Origin: Leucoraja erinacea
Lineage: Eukaryota
Assembly: GCF_028641065.1 (NCBI RefSeq)
Contig: NC_073405.1
Coordinates: 13,640,001 to 13,704,000 of the forward strand
DNA length: 64,000 bases
Reading direction: 5' to 3'
Positions 55,851 to 64,000 of this stretch are shown piece after piece (position 1 is the stretch's first letter; every line of letters starts with the position of its first letter). A program made the translations under genes and the position numbers. The notes below the pieces were generated by a model. It saw only the letters and a program-made list of their open reading frames with translations, was not told the DNA's origin and searched no databases.

Positions 55851-56489
55851 CGTGCTCCAGAGAACACATTTGAACAAGCCAAGACACTATCTTGAGCTCA
55901 GATGAACATTGCTTGTTTTCCAACGTTTAACTTTTTGCTAACCATGTGGAGATCTCTGAGGTGATTGCTTTGTGGCAGTGAGTTAACATTAACCAGATAC
56001 CACCTCCTCCCTGGACTCCCAAGTAAAAGGTGCTAGAAAGATACTTGGACACAGAACAAAGACTTTCCACCAAAATGAGCATGTTTGGAAGTTCACTCGG
56101 CTTCACAGGGAATACATTAATGGAAATGATTTTGTTTCACGGTGGTTTCAGCGGCAGAATGCAAAGTGTTTCAAGGAGAAGTGTTTCAGGATATTGTCCT
56201 CTACCTGTGGATATTAAAGCCTTTAATACCACTCTTGGTGCTTCTGTCTTGCAATCAGTCTTGCAAGGGAGAGGAGGGAGGGAGTGGGGAGGGAAGGAGG
56301 AGAGGGGAAAGAAGAGGGAGGGGAGGCATTGCTGGGAGATGAGGAGGAATGGAGGAAGATAGAGGTAGGAGGAGGGGGGGAGGGGAAGAGGGAGGGGGTG
56401 AGGGGAGGGAGCAGTGGAGGGTGGAGAGAGGGTGGATAATGGAGGAGGGGAGTAGGAGACTGAACAGGGAGAATGAGATGTGTTCACTC

Positions 56490-56915
56490 TGATCTTATAT
56501 TTTACAAGTTATTGCCATTTTAAACTTTAAAAACGTCAGCCATGCCTGCGCAGTTGGGCGCTATGGGTGAGTGGTGGAATATTGCATTGGGGGTACAGGT
56601 CCAACTGGTCCGCACTTGGTCTAGTATATTACTAAAACTCTCATCTTGTTTGTAACTATATTTGTTTCTGAAACTGCAGAAAAACGGTACACGATAGCGT
56701 GACAATTTTAGGCCCACCTCACTCACCATTGTCCAGGGTGTGTAATAGCATTTTTCGTTCAGATTAATGTTATACTTTACAAGTTATTGACATTAATTTA
56801 ACATTTAAAACTTAACTTAAAACAGCGCCCCCACTTGCCGACCGCGTCTGCGCAGTTCGGGGAGGGTTCCCGTGCGCGTCACAACCAGCCGTGCCTGCGC
56901 GGTTGGGGCCTTTTC
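56490..56915 (+). mobile_element. Helitron fragments of the same family: a 3' end (CTAG at 56621-56624) joined to a 5' end
   Basis: 56544-56624 matches the reverse complement of 24764-24875 with a gap; 56625-56735 matches the reverse complement of about 25768-25880. Confidence 0.7.
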
Positions 56916-58067
56916 GGATTTTCAGATCGCCATAATTTTCCCCCCTTTTGCCTGTATTTGCTGAGGCTTAGAAAGAGAGGTCAGGTGAATTAGTGGCTGT
57001 GGGATGGTGCAGGGAGTGGGCTTTAGTTTGCTGGATTATTGGGACATGTCTGGGGAAGGTGAGATCTGTACAAGCGGGATGGGTTTTCACTGTAACTGGA
57101 ATGGGACCAACATCCTTGTTGGGAGGTTTGCTCATGCTGACGGGGTAGGTATAAACTGATTTGGCAGAGGAAGGGGGCTCGGGGAGATATTTGCACAGGG
57201 AGAGAGGAGGCATAGCCCAGTAGACGGAAGAAGTTCACATCAGGGGAATTTAGACCAAAGTTGCATCTGTTTTAATGCAAGGAGCCTATCTAGTAAGGTA
57301 GACAAACTCAAAACAGTAATTTATGTGGAAAAACAAAATATTGTTACCATGAGTGAGAACTGGTCGAAGTCGCTTTCTTTTGGTGGCAGTTCAGTGTCTC
57401 GGAGGATAACGTATTCAGATATTCAGAGGAGGTGGCATGGCACTGTGAGTCAACTAATGCATTTCTTTAATATTGAGAGAGGATATCCTCAAACTCAAAT
57501 GAAGACATATGGGTAGTGAGTAAAAACAAAAGAGTGTTGTCACTTTGAAATGTTTTAACACCTTCCAACGGGCAAAAGAAGATAGAGGAACAAATATACA
57601 AAGAGATATCAGAGAGATGCTATAGGGAAATGGTCCCAGATACAAAGCCCGATGTCTGCAATGAGGTAGAGGTGAATCAGACAGTACCCTAGCTTATGGA
57701 AGGATGGTTCAGAAGCCTGATAATTGAGGGGATGAAGCTGTTCCTGACTCTGGTGTGCACACTTTCAAGCTTCTGTACCTGCTGCCCGATGGGAGCAGGG
57801 AGAAAGAATGACGGGTGGGAAAGGTCTTTGATTATTTTGGCAGAATGAAGTGTAGATGGAGTCAATGCTGGGAAGTCTGGTCTGTATGATGGACTGGGCT
57901 ACATCCACAATTCTCCACAACGTCATGAGGTCCTGGGCTGAGCTGTTCCCAAACCAAGCTGTGATGCAACCTGTCAGTCGGAAGAAGGGTCTCGACCCTA
58001 AACGTCGCTCATTCCTTCTCCAGAGATGCTGCCTCACCCACTGAGTTACTCCAGCAATTTGTGTCTA

Positions 58068-58458
58068 GTAGTAGTAGGCCCTCCTCGGCCATGACTGACT
58101 ATGGGTGATGCATCCTAGTTTGTCGGATGCAAGTCTGGGCGATGTCATATGGAGGACAGGCTGTTGCCCATGCAGCATGTCCCCTCTCTCCACGTCGCTG
58201 ATCGATCCAAAGGAACAGTAGGGCCGTTACAGTTTGGCACCAGCACCGTCGCAGGAGTTGCCAGAGCGAGGTTGTAGACAACGACGAACTGCCTTAGGGA
58301 CTCCCGACTCCGGATTTTCGTGAGGTTTACTCCTGGAGCCTTTTCCATGACTGGATATGGCCACAAGGCAGTGGAGGTTTTAAATCAGTTTTCCCTCTCC
58401 TAGATGGACTGCCTTCCCAGGCTGATGAGCCCCATCTGCCTTAGTAGACAGTAGCCCC
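58068..58458 (-). mobile_element. Short non-autonomous RTE-derived retroelement
   Basis: (CTA)n tail, RTE-like 5' leader ggcagatggggctc...ccatctaggagagggaaaac, flanked by a tgtcta duplication; splits a Penelope-derived mini-element. Confidence 0.6.
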
Positions 58459-60338
58459 TGTCTACCTTCGATTTAAACAAGCATCTGCAGGCTTTCTTAC
58501 ACTGACAGTATGCTTTCTGTGGTGCATGTGTAGAAATTTAACACTCATCTTCACGCAGAGGTCAACGGACCAATTGACCTACTGACACGGTGGGGATGAT
58601 GAGGAAACCCCTGCAGTTCCAGGCAGAACGTGCGGACTACACACGACCGCACCTGAGGTCAAGATAAAACTGGATCGCTTGAGCTATGAGGCAGTGATTC
58701 CAAGCTTATGGGTATACAGGGCATCACAGAATCAGAAAGAGACACTATGGTTAGTCTTTTGTGACTGCACTGGTTGAGAAAGAGTTGTTCAGCTTGAACT
58801 CACATTCCCACATCTCCACATATAGGTTGTGGCACAGTGGGAGCTTAATCAGGTACTTGCCAAAGCTTCCGCTGACACCACCCTTTCTAGTAGTGGGTTC
58901 CACATCCCCACTTGCAGGAGCATTGAATAATAGTTGTCAAATGAGGATACTGCATTATCATAATAAGCTACTCAGATGAGGTATTATCAGAACTTGGGAA
59001 TTTGTTCACTGAGGTTGCTACTTCAAGATGTCACAACGTTGCACTCTTATGAAGGCATGGGTGCCCCAACACCAGTTGGCAGGAGAGCCCCGACACTGTA
59101 CCAACTGTCAGTACTTGACGCTAAGTCAGGTTAAATTTCAGTTGTACATCAAATGTGCACTTCTATTACAGATTCATCACAAGAGTAATCCTCCATTATT
59201 CTCTGGAACGTTAAAGTGCCAGTGACATCTTTATGTCAAAAGTAAGTAGTAACTCAAACGTTCCTATATTTATGGCAAACGTGCTGGAATAGTTGACCTC
59301 CTTCATCCTATTAACAGCAAATAATTGTATTTGTGTGTTAGAATTTGTATAATCCTAGGGTTAAAATATCAAGCCTGTATCCAGGTGAGGATATACAGTC
59401 AGCCTGTCAATCTGTAGGTAAAAGTTTTGTAATGGCAATTTTAAACTATTCCAAGCTTCAGCTTTGCATTGCCGTTACTGCACAAGCAGTGGGGAGTGAT
59501 CGTACGTAGCCGATAGCAAAAACGAATCCTTCAGTAATTCTTTCCAGTTTAATTGATTATTTATTGAAATAGTTGTACAGACAAAGAAGTAAACATACCA
59601 GATCCTCTTTATCCTTATACAAATTCTTACTATCTTACTATACTGTTTTTACTATCAGATCTGGTAAAAAAACTATATTCCTTCTCTCCTGCTCTTTTTG
59701 TCATCATCTTCTGGTCTTAGATATGAAACAACCCCTTTAGCCCCTTTTACTTGCATCTGAAAAGTGGTGCAACTGTGCCAATCTGATTTGACCAAAGTTA
59801 GCGGGCTTCATGTCCAATTTGAATTCCGCCATCTTGTTGAGATCTGCTAACCATCCTATCCATCGCTGAGAGAAGGTTTGTGATATGTTCTCATCCCATC
59901 CGGTCTTTCCGTACAGAGCTCGATTGACAGCAGCAGCAGGGTAGCCATTTTCATCCCTGCTTTCGTTGTCTCTTCTCAGGGGACCATAGATGACCCATCC
60001 GAGTCAGATCCTCACAGCAAATGGTCTGTCCCCTTGGCTGTTGACTAGTTCCCAAGGTTCCAATACCTTTGGAGCATTTGCTCCGATGAGTAGGTTGATG
60101 CCAGAGTCTATTTAGGAACCTTGATACCCTTCAAGTAAGGCCATTGTTTCAGGTCTTCCTGCTTGGGAATGTTTAGATGAGAAACAGGTATGGTCTTATG
60201 TGTAAACACATCAGATAGTTGTGTAAAATCGTCTTTGTCCAGGCTAGATATTTCCAAACCTGAGATATGATGACTGAACACAGGCTTCTCTTCATTCATG
60301 GTACGCAAGAGCATCTTAGTCTTTGTCTATTCTTGCTA

Positions 60339-60827
60339 TTGAGGGAGTGCAGCGTAGGTTTTTCAAGGTTAATTCCCGGGATGGAGGGACTGTCATATGC
60401 TGAGAGATTGGAGTGGCTGGGCTTGTACACTCTGGAGTTTAGAAGGATGAGAGGGATTCTTATTGAAACATATATGATTGTTAAGGGTTTGGACACGCTA
60501 GAGGCAGGAAATATGTTCCAGATGTTGGGGGAGTCCAGAACTAGGGGCCTCAGTTTAAGAATAAGGGGTAAGCCATTTAGAACGGAGACGAGGAAACACT
60601 TTTTCTTGTGAGTCTGTGGAATTCTCTGCCTCGGAGGGCAGTGGAGGCCGGTTCTCTGGATACTTTCGTGAGAGCTAGATAGGGCTCTTAAAGAAAGCGA
60701 AGTCAGGGGATATGGGGAGAAGGCAGGAACGGGGTACTGATTGGGGATGATCAGCCATGATCACATGGAATGGTGGTGCTGGCTTGAAGGGCTGAATGGC
60801 CTACTCCTGCACCTATTGTCTATTGTC
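60339..60827 (+). mobile_element. CR1 LINE 3' end inserted in the BEL/Pao relic
   Basis: GLSYAERLEWLGLYTLEFRRMRG motif; (ctattgt)n tail. Confidence 0.85.
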
Positions 60828-60949
60828 CTGTAATGTTCAGCCTTCTCATCAAGGTTTCTGTACAAAAGGTTGTAGAACTTCCATGATCCAAAAATGCTTA
60901 TGTTTGCAACACCATTTCACCCTTGCGGTTCTTTATCTGTACTGGTAAG

Positions 60950-61656
60950 AATCAGAATCAGATTCGCAAAGTATGTTTTGCATGACTCAAACAGACTCAA
61001 AAACACATTTTAACATGAACATCCACCACAGTGACTCCTACACATTCCTCCCTGTGATGGAAGGCAAAATAACGTTCAAGTCCTTCCTTTTGTTCTTCCT
61101 CGGTCGGGGGCCTCGAGCCCTCCATTGACGGGACGATCTTAACTCCTGTATCCGGCAGCGTTCAGGCCCTCTGCGTCGAGGCATTCAGCTCCTGAATCGG
61201 GGGGGTTGTCAGCTCCCCCGCGCCGGGAGATCGAACCTCGCGTCAGGGCTGGTCGAACCTTTCGCAACGTTTGAGCTCCCGACTCGGCCTCACCCGAGAC
61301 AGCGAGCTCTCGATGGTAAATCCGCAGGCCGCGGTGGGAGCAATCCCAGGCAAGGGATCTGCACCGATGTTAAGTCCGCATCCCGCGGTGGGGCTCACGA
61401 CAGTCTGAGGAGGCCTCGCAGCTCCAGCGATGGTAGGCTGCAGAATCCGGATAATGTGATCCGAATATTGATCATATCTCCGGGAAGGTAAGAACCTGAA
61501 AAAAAGTTTCCCCCGATTCCCTCCCCCCTCCCCCCACATAAAACAAATTGAAGTAAATTAAAACAAACTTTTAACAAACGCTAAAAATAACAAAAGATGA
61601 AAAAACGAACAGACTGCCGGCAGGGCTGCCATCTCCCTGGCGCCCCTGGTGGTCTG
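60950..61656 (-). mobile_element. Unclassified GC-rich non-LTR insertion within the BEL/Pao relic
   Basis: Interrupts the BEL reading frame between TCIFP and PVQIK; CpG-rich body; (tctgat)n-type tail near 60950-60965. Confidence 0.55.
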
Positions 61657-63606
61657 TAATGGGAAGATGCAGGTTTTATCACCGGCCCCAATATGCGCAC
61701 ACATCCCAGACGTGGAAACAGCATCACTCTTAGTTGGCTTCTCATTCTGTTCTGTATGCTCCAGCTTCTTCTCTGTGTTCTTCTGTTCAGTGTGAAGTAA
61801 TTCCGGATGATCTTGTTTGCACACACCACAAGTCATACGACTCTTTCAATTTCTACTCGTGTGTCTCTTCAAACATCCAAAGCATCGAAGTCCATCTTTT
61901 CTTTATGCCCCTTCTGCTTGACCAGTCGACACTGCCCTAATGTGTGACCACTTATATTACAGAATGAAGACGCATCTCTTCTCAATCCATCTGTTGTCAG
62001 ATTTCCTTGCACTGTTGTTTCTACAGGTAATACAGTTGTTGCAAAACTGTTTCCTTTCCGTCCTGATCTTTCTCTTGTACCAAAAGTAGAACCGTTGACA
62101 GTTGCCATTGGTCTAGGATCCTGAATGCTTCTAAAAAGTGGATCTGACATTATCTCCACTTACCACAGCAAGAAATCCACCAGATCAGGAAACATACCTC
62201 GACGTCCATACATTTTCTGTATCTGACATGTACTATCCCTCCTCTTGTCTCTAAGCCTGTATGGCAATTTTAGGATAGTCTTCATATTGTTAGTAACGTT
62301 CATTTTCTCCATATAGGTGAGATGTTCCATTGCATTGCAACAACCTCGAAAAAACAGCGAAAACACATGCAATGCCTTCACATCCTCTGCCTTGATAACT
62401 GACCAAACAAAAGCCTTGCTCATGTATGCACTGGCAATCTTGTGTTCATTACCAAAATATTTTTGGTAATGAATACAATGCGTACGATCACTCCTCCCTG
62501 CTTGTGTAGTAACGGCAATGGAAAGCTGAAGCTTGGACTAGGTTGAAAATGTCATTACAAGTGTTAACACCTTGATTTCACAATGCTGAACCATGCTGGA
62601 GGGGCTGAATGGCCTGTTTCTGTTCCTTTGACATTCTACTGGTGTATGTGCTCTTGTTCTGTTCTGAAGGACAAAACTCAGCAGCAAATCATCTGATGCA
62701 CTAAAAATAGCAGCGGGCACACTGGGAAGATCTATAACTGTAACTCTCCCCCAGATGTTTGCACTTTGTCAGCATGAGTTGCAAAAATAACTGCAGGCCA
62801 GAGTTTACCTGACTCATTCACTGAGGTGGGTGAGGCACTTGCATGAAAGCACAAACATAACCTCCTGCCTTCATGGGAATACTCTTCTGGCTATTGAAAG
62901 GGTCTGAAAGCTAGGTCATACAAAGGTGATGACAAGATGCCCTTCACAAACTGGGGGCAGTCTTTAACTCTACAGAGTATGGTTGGTGAAGTCATGGGAC
63001 AAATAAAACCTTAAGAAAGATCCTAATGGATTTCAGCTTGACTAGATGATTCAAGGCACAAAAAAGCTGTGTGGTGGTGGTTTTGGAGCTAAGTGTTGTT
63101 GAAATTGGTGTTCCAGCCCATAGGTTGCATAGTATTCAGTTCCCAGAATTTCCTGTGTACAAGGAATGAGGGGGGAGGGGGCGGGGGTGCAAGTCAGCAC
63201 TTGCCTTTCAATGGCATTTGTTCTGCGAGGTTAAAAGATTGAATGATGAAGGGACATGACTAGTCAAAAGAAACATTTCCAGAGAAAAGGCAGAAATCTC
63301 TCCTTTGATGCTGGGCGTCTATGAAATTAGACATTTCTTGGGTAACGGTACAATTAGAGCAGGACTCAAAAGGAAGGGAGTGTGGCTCCTGAAAATACTG
63401 GGGTGCAATTCCCCAAAGGTGTTCAGGAGAGTTTTCTTAAACAGTATGTGGAGGCTCCCACACGTGAGAAGGCAACGGTGGATCTAGTATTGGGAAATTG
63501 GGAGGGGCAAGTTAATGAAGAGTGTGGGAGGAGAGTTTGGGAGCACGTTTATAATGTTTAAGATACATGGATCGATCCAAAAATGTTTAAGATAGTTATG
63601 GCTATA

Positions 63607-63795
63607 GGGGAACTGCAGATGCTGGAGAATCCAAGGTTACACAAAAAAGCTGGAAAACTCAGCTCAGCACTATGGCGAAGGAAATAGGCAACTTTTTCGG
63701 GGTAAACCCTTCTTCTGTCTGAAGAAGGGTTTCGGCCCGAAACGTTGCCTATTTCCTTCGCTCCATAGATGCTGCTGCACCTGCTGAGTTTCTCC
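63607..63795. mobile_element. Palindromic Penelope-pLTR-derived mini-element
   Basis: Forward arm is nearly identical to 18075-18175; contains CTGAAGA-agggtttcggccc-GAAAcgtt. Confidence 0.8.
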
Positions 63796-64000
63796 AGCTT
63801 TTTTGTGTAACCTTCTCGCTAATGTTGACTGGAGCAGGTTATATGAGGGGAAAGGAACATCGACCAAGTGGGATGTTTTCAAAAATGTACTGAAGAAAGC
63901 TCAGGATGTGTACATCCGTGTTAGAGTGAAGGGCAAAGCAGGCAAACGTACAGGAAGCTTCGCTGAGAGGGAAATTGAGACGTTAGTCAAAAACAAGTAG

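Larger units (their letters stand above)
59780..62470 (-). mobile_element. BEL/Pao LTR retrotransposon relic (gag, zinc knuckles, protease), interrupted by two insertions
   Basis: Gag-like KALHVFSLFFRGCCNAM...KLPYRLRDK; CGVCKQDHPELLH; AFLDHGSSTTFCTETL protease motif (about 60850-60900); EDLKQWPYL and LLIGANAPKVLEPWE; many stops and frameshifts. Confidence 0.82.

Noticed and set aside
58420-58440. CTGATGA hammerhead-like box on the + strand
   Set aside because: No stem II followed by GAAA; it is antisense to the element

Overview
Eukaryotic (vertebrate) genomic DNA. The repeat content points to a cartilaginous fish, probably a skate or ray (inference). Genes: the 3' part of GATAD2A/p66-alpha (+, 10 coding exons 2419-28516, first coding exon upstream of the window, repeat-poor 3' UTR of about 3.5 kb); two intact intronless TSSK6-type kinase genes in tandem (-, 37959-38771 and 42372-43184); and a complete ARMC6 gene (+, 7 coding exons 46235-55850, 466 aa). 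Introns and intergenic DNA carry Penelope-like elements, CR1, L2, Rex1 and RTE retroelements, tRNA-derived SINEs, a hAT MITE, non-autonomous Helitrons and a BEL/Pao relic. Highlights: (1) many 90-160 bp Penelope-derived mini-elements carrying a minimal hammerhead-ribozyme core, several with their own 11-16 bp target-site duplications; (2) the TSSK6 duplicate pair, sharing an upstream ATG at -13 and a conserved leader motif; (3) a deleted ZFP36-type zinc-finger fragment in a GATAD2A intron; (4) a head-to-tail Helitron junction; (5) a 128-bp locally templated inversion at a CR1 5' end; (6) a 1.5-kb mosaic in an ARMC6 intron that looks like a consensus artefact over a heterozygous LINE insertion. 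All calls were made by eye; no database searches were run.
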